Below the pieces are notes generated by a model, which saw nothing but the letters and a program-made list of their open reading frames with translations, did no database searches and had not been told where the DNA came from. From Sulfuricurvum sp. (GTDB taxonomy: Bacteria; Campylobacterota; Campylobacteria; Campylobacterales; Sulfurimonadaceae), in the NCBI RefSeq assembly GCF_014764105.1, contig NZ_JACXUF010000001.1: 44,136 nt of DNA, one strand, 5' to 3'. Made by a program: the position numbers and the translations under genes. Of this stretch, positions 31,199 to 40,643 are shown piece by piece (the first letter of the stretch is position 1; each line of letters opens with the position of its first letter).

Positions 31199-31283
31199 CG
31201 TTAAAGCAACTTTACAGAGTGTTTTGCCCACAAAAGCAAAAGAAAAACCGTAAAATCGCTTGAACGCTAAAAGAGAGATTCTA
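31199..31283 (-). promoter_or_regulatory. rpsP promoter (-10 TAGAAT) and structured 5' leader
   Basis: TAGAAT on minus at 31278-31283; long stem-loop 31199-31266. Confidence 0.5.
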
Positions 31284-31313
31284 TGAAATCACCCTTTTAA
31301 CGCTCATTTGGGA

Positions 31314-32660
31314 TCAGCGTGGAAACTGCATCCCTTTCATTTGTCCAATTATACTTTGGAGATTTTTCATCCCCTCTTTACCTGAGAATTTTTTCGCCAT
31401 TTTTGAAGCATTTTTGAACTGCTTCAAAATACGGTTCACTTCGATGATATCCAAACCGCACCCTTTCGCCAAACGGGCTTTACGGCTGTTGTTGAGCAGT
31501 TCCGGATCTTCCCGCTCTTTCAGCGTCATTGATGAGACCAACGCTTTGATCTGTTTGAGCTGAGTAGAGTTTTCCAAATCGAAATCTTTAAGTGCCGATG
31601 CCATACCACTCATACCTGGGATCATCCCCATGATCGATTTCATGCTCCCCATTTTTTTGAGGCTCTCCATCTGTTCTAGGAAGTCGTTGAAGTTAAACTC
31701 CCCTTTTTTGATCTTTTTGGTGAGCTGTTTCGCTTTTTTCTCATCGATGACCGATGCGGTACGCTCAGCAAGCCCTTCGATATCCCCCAATCCCATGAGA
31801 CGGTTGACGATACGATCTGGTAAGAAGATTTCGAGATCTTCCATCTTTTCGCCCGCACCGATAAAGCGTAGAGGCACTTGAATCTGAGAGGCGATACCTA
31901 GAGCTACACCCCCCTTTGAATCCCCGTCGTATTTGGTGAGGATGACCCCATCAATCCCGATTTTCTCATTAAATGTCGCTGCGGTACGAACCGCATCTTG
32001 CCCTGAGAGTGAATCGGCAACGTAGAAAATCTCATGCGGGTTGGCTACCGCTTTGATCTCTGCTAATTCTCCCATGAGCTCATCGTCGATTGCCAAGCGC
32101 CCTGCGGTATCGATCAAAACAACATCTACCAACACTTTTTTTGCGTGATCTAATGCCGCTTTAACCACTTCGACTGGGTTTTTGGTCGCATCGTCGGCAT
32201 ACAATTCCACATCAATGCTGGCACACACTTGACGAAGCTGCTCCACTGCCGCTAAACGCTGCAAGTCCGCTGCGACGACGAGAACTTTTTTCTTTTGGCG
32301 CACTTTGAGCCAATTGGCCAGCTTCCCTGTTGTCGTTGTTTTACCCGATCCTTGCAATCCGCTCATCAAAATGACGGTTGGAGATACCGGAGCGTATACG
32401 AACCCAGATTTTCCTTTGACATCCAAAAGAGCGTACAAAGAGGTGCGAAGCGCATCCAAAAACTGATCTCTACCGATACCGCTTTGTTTCGTTTTGATCT
32501 CAACGGAATCAATCAGCTCTTTGACGACTTTGTGATTTACATCGGCTTTTAGGAGCGCTTTTTTAAGCTCGCCCAATGCTTTGGTTAACGCCTTTTCATC
32601 ATCGTAAAAACGGATTTTTCGGATGGCGGATGTAAACGATTCGGTCAGCGTATCGAACAC
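31314..32660 (-). CDS. ffh: Signal recognition particle protein
   Basis: GLQGSGKTTT, DTAGR, TKYDGD.KGG, Met-rich M domain; GTG start. Confidence 0.98.
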   Translation of the reverse strand: MFDTLTESFTSAIRKIRFYDDEKALTKALGELKKALLKADVNHKVVKELIDSVEIKTKQSGIGRDQFLDALRTSLYALLDVKGKSGFVYAPVSPTVILMSGLQGSGKTTTTGKLANWLKVRQKKKVLVVAADLQRLAAVEQLRQVCASIDVELYADDATKNPVEVVKAALDHAKKVLVDVVLIDTAGRLAIDDELMGELAEIKAVANPHEIFYVADSLSGQDAVRTAATFNEKIGIDGVILTKYDGDSKGGVALGIASQIQVPLRFIGAGEKMEDLEIFLPDRIVNRLMGLGDIEGLAERTASVIDEKKAKQLTKKIKKGEFNFNDFLEQMESLKKMGSMKSIMGMIPGMSGMASALKDFDLENSTQLKQIKALVSSMTLKEREDPELLNNSRKARLAKGCGLDIIEVNRILKQFKNASKMAKKFSGKEGMKNLQSIIGQMKGMQFPR

Positions 32661-32740
32661 TTTGGCTCCTAATGGGTGGTTTTACAGGGTATAAAAATTT
32701 TCGAATTGTACTTAATTTTTTCTTGATTTAGACTTTATTG

Positions 32741-32900
32741 TTTTCTACTTTTTATGCTCGAAAAGTAGCAAAAGATCATATCGTGATCCAAGAACGCCCG
32801 CGCAACTCCTTGTGACACCGCCTAGAGCAAGGTCGCTCGCAGTAGCGTGAAGCGACCGCCAGAGATTTGTCGCAAGGCAATTTTCTTTTGGTACTTTTCT
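32741..32900. repeat. Nested-palindrome structured intergenic element
   Basis: aaaagtagcaaaag pairs with cttttggtactttt; ccttgtgaca pairs with tgtcgcaagg; ggtcgct pairs with agcgacc. Confidence 0.6.
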
Positions 32901-32906
32901 TATGAA

Positions 32907-32999
32907 CCGATGTTATGCGCTTTACGCTCATAGCCCGCAAAGTGGCAGGGACAAAACTCCCTACACCACCCAAAAGCAGATAGAAAAGGACTTAAACAG
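32907..32999 (+). mobile_element. MITE-like repeat, shortened copy
   Basis: ccgatgttatgcgctttacgctcatagcccgcaaagtggcagggacaaaactccctaca aligns with the 4267 and 21571 copies. Right boundary uncertain; flanks tatgaa/tattaa. Confidence 0.72.
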
Positions 33000-33001
33000 T
33001 A

Positions 33002-33739
33002 TTAACTTCCAAAATGGGCGAAAATCTTCGGTTCCGGCGCTTCAAATGTCTGACCTAGCAACGTCACTTTTTTCGCGTGGAGCATCACCCTCTTTGACGG
33101 ATGTCCGCCATAACTCTCATCTCCAATAATTGGATGTTGGACAAATTTCATGTGGGCGCGGATCTGATGCGTTCGTCCGTGATGAATAACCAACTGTACT
33201 TTAGTTTTTTTCGCCGACACCTCAAGCGGTGTCACTTCAGTAATAGCGGGTTTCCCTTTTTTAGAGACTTTGGTATAGGCTTTGTTCCCCTTTTTTTCGG
33301 TGAATAGAGGCTGATTGATCACCATCGGCTCACTCACAATCCCATCAACCCAAGCAACGTACTCTTTATACACTTTGTCTTTTTTAAATTCATCAATTGC
33401 TTTTATCCGGAACTCTTCGTTTTTAACGAGCATCAACACACCGCTCGTTTCGCGATCAAGCCGGTGAAGAAGCTGCGTGCCTTTAAACTGTCGTTCGATC
33501 TCATCAGAATTGACGAATGAGGGCTTATCGACGACAATGAGATTATCGTCTTCAAATATAGGGCGCACTTTTTCCACTTTTTGGACGATAAAAATCGTCT
33601 TGGGACTGATCTCACCCCGCGCGATCATCACTTTGTTGTTGCCCACATAAACCAAGCCGCGATCGATCAGCGATTTGGCCTCAGAGTTGGATATACCCTC
33701 TTGCTGTGCTAAGAGCTTATACGCTTTTGGTTTTTCCAT
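33002..33739 (-). CDS. RluA/RluD-family RNA pseudouridine synthase with S4-like N-terminus
   Basis: VDKP, LHRLDRETSG, GRTHQIRAH, PIIGD..YG, MLHA. Confidence 0.93.
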   Translation of the reverse strand: MEKPKAYKLLAQQEGISNSEAKSLIDRGLVYVGNNKVMIARGEISPKTIFIVQKVEKVRPIFEDDNLIVVDKPSFVNSDEIERQFKGTQLLHRLDRETSGVLMLVKNEEFRIKAIDEFKKDKVYKEYVAWVDGIVSEPMVINQPLFTEKKGNKAYTKVSKKGKPAITEVTPLEVSAKKTKVQLVIHHGRTHQIRAHMKFVQHPIIGDESYGGHPSKRVMLHAKKVTLLGQTFEAPEPKIFAHFGS

Positions 33740-33740
33740 T

Positions 33741-34904
33741 TTATTTCTCCGTTAAATAGTCTACGACTGTTTGCAGATCAACACTTCCGTTAATCTGTGA
33801 GTGAGGCAGTAACTCCGCTTTTATCAGTGCCTCTTGAATACCCTCCAAAGAGGTAAATTGTACATGAGAAACATATTTAAAAAGCTCACGCTGTAAAAAC
33901 ACCTGCTTACCGCTAATAATCTTGCACCCGAATGTTGCGGGTTCAAGAGGATTATGTCCACCGATGGGTACAAATGCTCCCCCCAAAATCGCGACATCGC
34001 TAATAGCGTAGAGGTTGTTGAGCTCTCCCATTGCATCGACTAGGATAATGTCACTATCCATACTCTGCGTCTCACTCCAGCACGAAAAACTCATTTGCGG
34101 TGCCGCTTTGACGATCAACTCTCCCACTTTGGCGAACCGTTCGGGGTGGCGGGGGACAACGAGGAGCTTGCTAGAGGGATTATACTCACGATACGCGACA
34201 AAACCTCGGATTATCCCCTCCTCTTCCCCCTCGTGGGTACTTGCAGCGACGATAATCGTCCCTTCTGGTTTAGAATACTGCTTGGTTGTCTCGATCTTTT
34301 GAGCAAGCTTAATATTCCCGATCACTTCGACGTTGTGTGCTCCCAAAGCAATAAAGCGCGCCATATCTTCGCGGCTTTGGCAAAAGATGCGGTCACACTG
34401 GGAGAGTAATATCCGGTAAAACCACCGCATCCGATAGTATTTCTGAAAACTCTGATCACTGATACGGGCGTTGAGGGCTACTACCCGCCCACCACGCGTA
34501 CGGACCAAACGAAACAGCAAATACCAAAACTCCGCTTCAAGCACCACCACCGTTTTGGGTCGCTCGATCCAAAACCACAGCCAAATCTCATAAGGAAGAT
34601 AGCGAACTTCCGCCGCATATTTAGAAGCGGCTTCATACCCTGTATGGGTAATAACGCTTATGGCGATTTTTTTATCCCTCAAATGCTCTAATATCGGAGC
34701 AATCGCTTTGGCTTCACCAAGCGAACAAACATGAAACCAAATATCATACGGCAAGAAAGGGGGGTTATTGACCCCAAAAAACCGTGATGGGATAGAATCG
34801 CGATATTTTTTTTTGAACGAGAGGAGGATTAAAAGAGGGAGGACGACGATGTAAAAAATCGTCGCTACACCCGTATACAAAAGATCAAAAAATACGTTAC
34901 GCAC
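33741..34904 (-). CDS. waaA: 3-deoxy-D-manno-octulosonic acid transferase
   Basis: WFHVCSLGE, EAEFW, NARIS, AASTH.GEE, VPRHPERF, GGHNPLEP. Confidence 0.96.
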   Translation of the reverse strand: MRNVFFDLLYTGVATIFYIVVLPLLILLSFKKKYRDSIPSRFFGVNNPPFLPYDIWFHVCSLGEAKAIAPILEHLRDKKIAISVITHTGYEAASKYAAEVRYLPYEIWLWFWIERPKTVVVLEAEFWYLLFRLVRTRGGRVVALNARISDQSFQKYYRMRWFYRILLSQCDRIFCQSREDMARFIALGAHNVEVIGNIKLAQKIETTKQYSKPEGTIIVAASTHEGEEEGIIRGFVAYREYNPSSKLLVVPRHPERFAKVGELIVKAAPQMSFSCWSETQSMDSDIILVDAMGELNNLYAISDVAILGGAFVPIGGHNPLEPATFGCKIISGKQVFLQRELFKYVSHVQFTSLEGIQEALIKAELLPHSQINGSVDLQTVVDYLTEK

Positions 34905-35619
34905 CGATTGCGTCAGAAGACTCTAAAAATAAAATGCGACCGCAGTGAGGACACAGGGTGATCTCCTCACCTTTGATAACATCGCTGTACACTTTATCGC
35001 TCACCGCCATATAACACCCCATACACGCTTGGTTACGTACTGGCACAGCTGTTGTATTTTTCGCCCAGCGACGGATTTTTTGGTAGAACGACAAACCCTT
35101 TTGGTTCATCGTCCCGACCAATGCCTCTTTACGTGCGAATACCTCTTTACGCTCTTCATCAATCCGTGCCAATTTAACATCAACGTCTGCTTTAACCGTT
35201 GAAAGAGTCTCTTCGATTTCGGTCGCTTTTGCCTCAAGCTCGTCAATTTTGCCTTGTTTGTGATCGATCAGTTTTTCCAAACGCTCGATCTCTTCATTGG
35301 CGAAACTCACTTGCTCTTTAGCAATCTCCTCTTCAAGTTGGAGCGATTTCATCTCGCGTTCAGTTTTCACTTCGGCACTTTTACGACCATTCTCTTCGAG
35401 TTTAGCTGAAAGCTCTGCAAGGTGAAGCTCGTTTTTGTGTTTTTTGATCTGCTCGTCTTTGATCTCTTGTTTCAACCTATTGATTTCATTAATAATACCG
35501 TTTTTGGTTGCCAATAACGCTTCATACTGAAGATTCGCTTCTTCGATTTGCGGCTCAAACGCATCAATCTCTTTGTCAACGCGAGAGAGCTCAATCAATT
35601 GTTCAAGGTGTTTATTCAT
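34897..35619 (-). CDS. Coiled-coil C4 zinc-ribbon protein (DUF164, HP0958/FlgZ-like)
   Basis: Long coiled coil followed by CMGC...CPHCGRIL; ATG 35619. Confidence 0.9.
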   Translation of the reverse strand: MNKHLEQLIELSRVDKEIDAFEPQIEEANLQYEALLATKNGIINEINRLKQEIKDEQIKKHKNELHLAELSAKLEENGRKSAEVKTEREMKSLQLEEEIAKEQVSFANEEIERLEKLIDHKQGKIDELEAKATEIEETLSTVKADVDVKLARIDEERKEVFARKEALVGTMNQKGLSFYQKIRRWAKNTTAVPVRNQACMGCYMAVSDKVYSDVIKGEEITLCPHCGRILFLESSDAIGA

Positions 35620-35679
35620 ACGGTTCCTTTTGGAGTTACACAATTACCTAATACAGGGCTTGGATACGCCCTTTTACAC

Positions 35680-36402
35680 TTAAAGATAGGTGAAGGGGTT
35701 TTTTGATGGTGAAATTATAACATTCAATCCTAATTTTTCCAAATGCTTTGCCAAAACATCACCAAAATAACGCTCGCTCTCATAATGTCCGATGTCAATC
35801 ATCGAGAGTCCAAGAGATGAAGCCTCCATCGCATCGTGGTATTTAATATCTCCTGTCAAGAAACAATCGGCCTCAATATTACGCATCAATGATGCCCCTG
35901 AACCCGTCACCAACGCACAGGTTCGGATGTGTTCATGACATTTAACTCCACGCAGATGCTCCATACCCAATGCTGTTTTTACGTTTACGGCAAACGTTTC
36001 ATACGTCTCATCCACCCCCAAATAGGCAATAAACCCCTCTTTGGCTATGATCGGATAGCCCAAAATTTCACTCGCAACATACTCATTGAGATGGGTTTGG
36101 TCGAAATTGGTGTGCATTGCGATATTGGCAATGTTTTTACGGATCATCGGGGCAACGATCTTTGCTGGGTATTGGTTGAATTGAAGCTGTTTCAACCCTC
36201 CAAAGATAATCGGATGATGGGTGATCAATAAAGCATTCTTTGGAATTGTTTCAATCAGTGCCTCATCAATGTCGATGCTCAGCACTACCGTATCAATCTC
36301 TTGGGCAAAATCACCAACCAATAATCCAGAGTTGTCCCACCCCTCTTGAAGTGCAAAAGGGGAGAGTTCATCCAAATAGGCATAAATCTCTTTCACTCTC
36401 AT
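35680..36402 (-). CDS. Nif3-like dinuclear metal protein (DUF34)
   Basis: WDNSGL.VG, ITHHP, HTNFD, TGDIKYH, GHYESE. Confidence 0.95.
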   Translation of the reverse strand: MRVKEIYAYLDELSPFALQEGWDNSGLLVGDFAQEIDTVVLSIDIDEALIETIPKNALLITHHPIIFGGLKQLQFNQYPAKIVAPMIRKNIANIAMHTNFDQTHLNEYVASEILGYPIIAKEGFIAYLGVDETYETFAVNVKTALGMEHLRGVKCHEHIRTCALVTGSGASLMRNIEADCFLTGDIKYHDAMEASSLGLSMIDIGHYESERYFGDVLAKHLEKLGLNVIISPSKNPFTYL

Positions 36403-37139
36403 TTCTCATAACTCCTTTTATGCCGTTTGAGACGGACATGCACCGCTTGTGCACCTGAAAATGGATCGGAATATTTAAATTCAAACTCCCCTAATCCCTC
36501 TATCAGATCGAGAAGCTTTTTGTACCCATAGCTTCGGGGGTCAAATTCGGGCGATTTGTTGATCAAATTTTGCCCAATTGCCCCCAAATACGACCATCCC
36601 GCTTCGTTAGTCGTATCCTCAACTGCGTTGCGTACAAGAGCCGAAAGTGCTTTGTGATCGGGTTTGATTTTCGGGGTATGATCCTCTTTGTAGTTTTGGG
36701 TACGTCTAAGGTTTTCGGTGTAAATGAATTTGTCACACACCCCAATAAATGCCTTGGGCGTTTTTTGCTCCCCAAATCCATACACTTTAATCCCCGATTC
36801 GCGAATACGGCTCGCCAAACGGGTAAAATCGCTATCACTGGAGACGATACAAAAGCCGTCAAAATTTTTCGTGTAGAGTAGATCCATCGCATCGATAATC
36901 ATCGCACTGTCGGTTGCATTTTTCCCTGTAGTATACGCAAATTGCTGTATCGGCTGCAGACCGTGCTCAAGGAGGGCACTTTTCCAACTTTTGAGCCGTG
37001 TATCGGTCCAATCACCGTAAATCCGTTTGACACTGGCAATCCCGTGAGAGGCAATCTCATCAAGTAATCCGGCGATGATAGAGGGTTGAGAATTGTCCGC
37101 ATCGATCAATACAGCCAAACGTGCCTGATTATCAACCAC
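36399..37139 (-). CDS. NYN (LabA/DUF88 PIN-like) domain protein with C-terminal OST-HTH/LOTUS
   Basis: LAVLIDADN, RIYGDW, GKNATD..MIIDAMD, VSSDSDF, FD.RSYGYKKL. Confidence 0.92.
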   Translation of the reverse strand: MVDNQARLAVLIDADNSQPSIIAGLLDEIASHGIASVKRIYGDWTDTRLKSWKSALLEHGLQPIQQFAYTTGKNATDSAMIIDAMDLLYTKNFDGFCIVSSDSDFTRLASRIRESGIKVYGFGEQKTPKAFIGVCDKFIYTENLRRTQNYKEDHTPKIKPDHKALSALVRNAVEDTTNEAGWSYLGAIGQNLINKSPEFDPRSYGYKKLLDLIEGLGEFEFKYSDPFSGAQAVHVRLKRHKRSYEK

Positions 37140-37725
37140 GATGAGCCCCTAACGACAATAACGCTTCACGCGCTTCGGGAAAATCGCTTTGCAATTCAAG
37201 GGCACGCTTATACATCGCCCTAGCCTCTTCGATCTCATCCATATCGACCAACAGATTCCCGTAGTTATAGAATGTTTGAGGATAGGCATCGTCAATTTCA
37301 ATCGCTTTGAGATAGTGATCTTGGGCACGCTCGTACGCCATCTCGCCTCGATAGAGCGAAGCGATCGCATTATGGGTCAAATCGTCATTTTCATCGAGCT
37401 CCAAAGAGCGCTCGTACAATTCGATCGCCTGCAACCGATCTCCCAGTTTTGCGGTGACGAATGCTAGCTTATTGAGTACTTCAGGGTTATTGGGATCGAT
37501 TGCAAATGCCTCTTGAAGAGCCAATTGAGCCGCTTCCAACTCCCCTTTTTCATACGCGCTGTCTGCGTTGTCAATCCATTGTTTGATATTGATCGGTTGT
37601 GACCCACTCTTGACGTTCACTCCATTAGATGGAGGGGATTGATCCTCCAGCGTTTGGACATGTCGATAGATCTGATATGCGAAAAAAAGTGTCGCAGCAA
37701 ACATCAAAATTTGAAATGTAGACAT
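37132..37725 (-). CDS. Membrane-anchored tetratricopeptide repeat protein
   Basis: N-terminal hydrophobic helix; about four 34-aa TPR units (A...Y..A..L.P/D pattern). Confidence 0.88.
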   Translation of the reverse strand: MSTFQILMFAATLFFAYQIYRHVQTLEDQSPPSNGVNVKSGSQPINIKQWIDNADSAYEKGELEAAQLALQEAFAIDPNNPEVLNKLAFVTAKLGDRLQAIELYERSLELDENDDLTHNAIASLYRGEMAYERAQDHYLKAIEIDDAYPQTFYNYGNLLVDMDEIEEARAMYKRALELQSDFPEAREALLSLGAHRG

Positions 37726-37791
37726 ATTGTTCCTTTTGTGTAACCATAAGTATAATATAATTAGGGTTAACTAATCAAAACGGTAACCGCT

Positions 37792-39891
37792 ATGCCTACA
37801 AATTTAAAAAACCCAGCACTTTATATCAATCGCGAGCTCTCATGGCTCCAATTCAACACACGCGTACTAAAACAAGCGCTTAACGAATCGCTCCCTCTAT
37901 TGGAGAGACTGAAATTTCTCGCTATCTATGGAACCAACCTCGATGAGTTTTATATGATCCGGGTCGCAGGGCTCAAAAAGCTCTTTAGCGCAGGAGTCAA
38001 CGTCTCCGGAGCAGATCGTTTTACTCCACTTCATCAGCTCCGAGAGATTCGAACCTATCTGCATGAAGAGCAAAAAGTGGTAGAGCACTGCCTACTCGAT
38101 ATCATGAACCGTTTGGAGAAGGAGGGGATTTTCTTCAAGCCCTATCGTGAAACGACCCTAGAGCAACGGAAAGTTCTTGATCGCTATTTTCACGAGAACA
38201 TCTATCCGGTTGTCGTCCCGATTGCCGTCGACGCTACCCATCCGTTCCCACATCTGAACAATCTAAGTTTCGGGCAAATCGTCAAGCTCAGAGACAAAGA
38301 CGATAGCAGTATTGAGCGCTACGGTATCATCCGTATACCTCGTGTTCTACCGCGATTCGTCGATATCGATAACCGTATCTATATTCCGATCGGTAGTTTG
38401 GTCGCCGAACATATCGGTGATCTTTTCCCAGGGTATGAACTCATCAAATTCTCTGCGTTCCGAATTACCCGCAATGCCGATATCGCCATAGAAGAAGAGG
38501 AGGCAGATGACTTTATGGAGATGCTCGAAGAGGGGCTAAAACTTCGTAAAAAAGGGGAGATTGTCCGACTGGAACTCAGCAACCACGCCGATGATGATCT
38601 GCTCAACTTTTTCAACCGTCATGCTAACGTTTTCAAAGATGACATCTATCGCTTCACCACCTACCTCAATTTGGGTGCATTATGGCAAATAGTAGGAAAC
38701 AAAGACTTCGCCCATTTGACGGCACCAAGTTTTAAACCTCGCAACCTCCCGCCACTCGATTCCGATGAGAATCTGTACGCTATTTTAGACAAACAAGATT
38801 TAATACTATTTCATCCGTTTGAGAGCTTTGAACCAGTAGTGCGTCTGATCCAAACTGCAGCCAAAGATCCCGATGTCGTCTCTATACGAATGACGCTCTA
38901 TCGCTCAGGTTCTCAATCACTCATCGTCCAATCTCTCATCGCCGCTGCCGAATCGGGCAAACAAGTCACTGTTATGGTAGAACTAAAAGCCCGCTTTGAC
39001 GAAGAGAATAACCTCATTTGGGCAAAAGCGCTGGAGAGTGCTGGAGCGCATGTCATTTATGGCATTACAGGACTGAAAGTTCATGCGAAAGCGGCGTTGG
39101 TTACCCGGCGTGTCAACGGTAAACTCAAACAATATGTCCACATTGGTACCGGAAACTATAACCCATCGACCGCAACGATCTACACCGATATTAGCTACAT
39201 GACGAGCAACGATGCCATTACCTATGACATGACCCGCTTTTTCCACTTCCTCACCGGATTTAGCAAAAAGGGGAAACTTGGCGAACTCTACATGGCGCCG
39301 ACACAGATTAAACCAAAACTCCTCTCCCTTATCCATAATGAAACCCGGATGGGGAGTGAAGGGGTAATCATCGCCAAGATGAACGCTTTGGTCGATGAAG
39401 ATATTATCCGCGCCCTCTACAAAGCCTCACAGGCTGGGGTCAAAATCGAGCTAATTGTACGTGGCGTATGCTGTCTACGTCCAGGGGTTGAAGGTGTGAG
39501 TGAAAATATCCGTGTCACCTCGATCATCGGCAAATATCTCGAACACGCCCGAATTTTCTATTTCAAACACGCTGATCCCCAAACCTATATTTCCAGTGCT
39601 GACTGGATGCCGCGTAACCTTTTGCGCCGTATCGAACTTTTGACTCCGATTGCGGGGGAAGAGGCTTCGGCAAAACTCCTCCAAATTTTGGAATTACAAA
39701 TCTCAGATAACGATCTCGCCTACGAACTCCAATACAACGGAAGCTACCGCAAAGTTTCCCACGATGGAGCCCATACGATCAACAGCCATTTAATTGTTGA
39801 AACCGAGACCAATAAAGTATATAATTCGACCAAAAAACAGACGCCGAATTACGTACAACAATTGACAAATCGGCTATTCAAAGAGAGCTAA
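37792..39891 (+). CDS. ppk1: Polyphosphate kinase 1
   Basis: NRELSWLQFN.RVL, NLDEFYMIRVAG, ELKARFDE, KVHAK, GTGNYN, LEHARI, SSADWM.RNL.RRIE. Confidence 0.98.
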   Translation: MPTNLKNPALYINRELSWLQFNTRVLKQALNESLPLLERLKFLAIYGTNLDEFYMIRVAGLKKLFSAGVNVSGADRFTPLHQLREIRTYLHEEQKVVEHCLLDIMNRLEKEGIFFKPYRETTLEQRKVLDRYFHENIYPVVVPIAVDATHPFPHLNNLSFGQIVKLRDKDDSSIERYGIIRIPRVLPRFVDIDNRIYIPIGSLVAEHIGDLFPGYELIKFSAFRITRNADIAIEEEEADDFMEMLEEGLKLRKKGEIVRLELSNHADDDLLNFFNRHANVFKDDIYRFTTYLNLGALWQIVGNKDFAHLTAPSFKPRNLPPLDSDENLYAILDKQDLILFHPFESFEPVVRLIQTAAKDPDVVSIRMTLYRSGSQSLIVQSLIAAAESGKQVTVMVELKARFDEENNLIWAKALESAGAHVIYGITGLKVHAKAALVTRRVNGKLKQYVHIGTGNYNPSTATIYTDISYMTSNDAITYDMTRFFHFLTGFSKKGKLGELYMAPTQIKPKLLSLIHNETRMGSEGVIIAKMNALVDEDIIRALYKASQAGVKIELIVRGVCCLRPGVEGVSENIRVTSIIGKYLEHARIFYFKHADPQTYISSADWMPRNLLRRIELLTPIAGEEASAKLLQILELQISDNDLAYELQYNGSYRKVSHDGAHTINSHLIVETETNKVYNSTKKQTPNYVQQLTNRLFKES

Positions 39892-40433
39892 TGATCAGTA
39901 ATTATCTACACTACACTCCAACCATCGGTGAGCGAACATGGATCGCCCCATCGGCGGATGTGATCGGCAGAGCCGAAATCGGTGAAGACGTCAGCATTTG
40001 GTTTGGCACCGTTGTCCGCGCGGATGTCCATTATATTAAAATTGGAGATCGAACCAGCATCCAAGATCTCAGCATGGTGCATATCACCCACCACAAAAAA
40101 GAGGATGCTTCCGATGGCTACCCAACCATCATCGGCAACGACGTGACAGTAGGGCATCGCGTCATGCTCCACGGATGCACGATCGAAGATGCCTGCCTCA
40201 TCGGGATGTCTGCGACGATTCTCGATGGTGCCGTTATTGGCAAAGAGTCGATTGTCGGTGCGGGTGCACTCGTGACCAAAAACAAAGTCTTTCCACCCCG
40301 TTCACTCATCATGGGAAGTCCGGCCAAAGTGGTACGTGAACTCACCGATGAAGAGGTGGCTGAACTCTACGCCTCAGCCAAACGGTATGTGAGTTTCAAA
40401 GAAAACTACCGCTTATCAGAATCTATAAACTAA
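39891..40433 (+). CDS. Gamma carbonic anhydrase family protein (YrdA-like)
   Basis: Hexapeptide repeats; RAD, IQD...H, VTVGH...LHGC. Confidence 0.93.
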   Translation: MISNYLHYTPTIGERTWIAPSADVIGRAEIGEDVSIWFGTVVRADVHYIKIGDRTSIQDLSMVHITHHKKEDASDGYPTIIGNDVTVGHRVMLHGCTIEDACLIGMSATILDGAVIGKESIVGAGALVTKNKVFPPRSLIMGSPAKVVRELTDEEVAELYASAKRYVSFKENYRLSESIN

Positions 40434-40438
40434 AAGGC

Positions 40439-40601
40439 TCAGCTCGATTGCTTACCCATTTCACTGCTTATGGCTAATTGAATCGCTGAATCTTTAAATT
40501 CTTTTGTGTATGTTTGACCTCTTCTGGCTATTTGCAATCCCTCGCTTATTGATGTAGAAATTCTATCATTTCTGTCTCCTAATAAGTTGTAGCCGGATTA
40601 A
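40439..40601 (-). mobile_element. IS3-family remnant: left end plus truncated orfA
   Basis: 40439-40531 reads (I)ARRGQTYTKEFKDSAIQLA...*, resembling the IS3 OrfA N-terminus. ATA sits where ATG is expected after a gaggga RBS. Upstream taatccggctacaacttattaggagaca resembles an IS3 IRL. Confidence 0.68.
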
Positions 40602-40643
40602 CCTGAACTTTTTAAAGAAAATCCACACCTCAAGTTGAGGGGA

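Noticed and set aside
32741-32999. SRP RNA (ffs) or tRNA next to ffh
   Set aside because: No CAGG-GRAA-AGCAG domain IV core and no cloverleaf or T-loop on either strand
32776-33129. Short ORFs 32776-32973 and 32902-33129
   Set aside because: They run through repeat sequence and antisense to the RluA gene; no recognisable protein features
40628-40640. cctcaagttgagg palindrome after the DUF262 tail
   Set aside because: Could be a terminator or part of another IS end, but too short to assign
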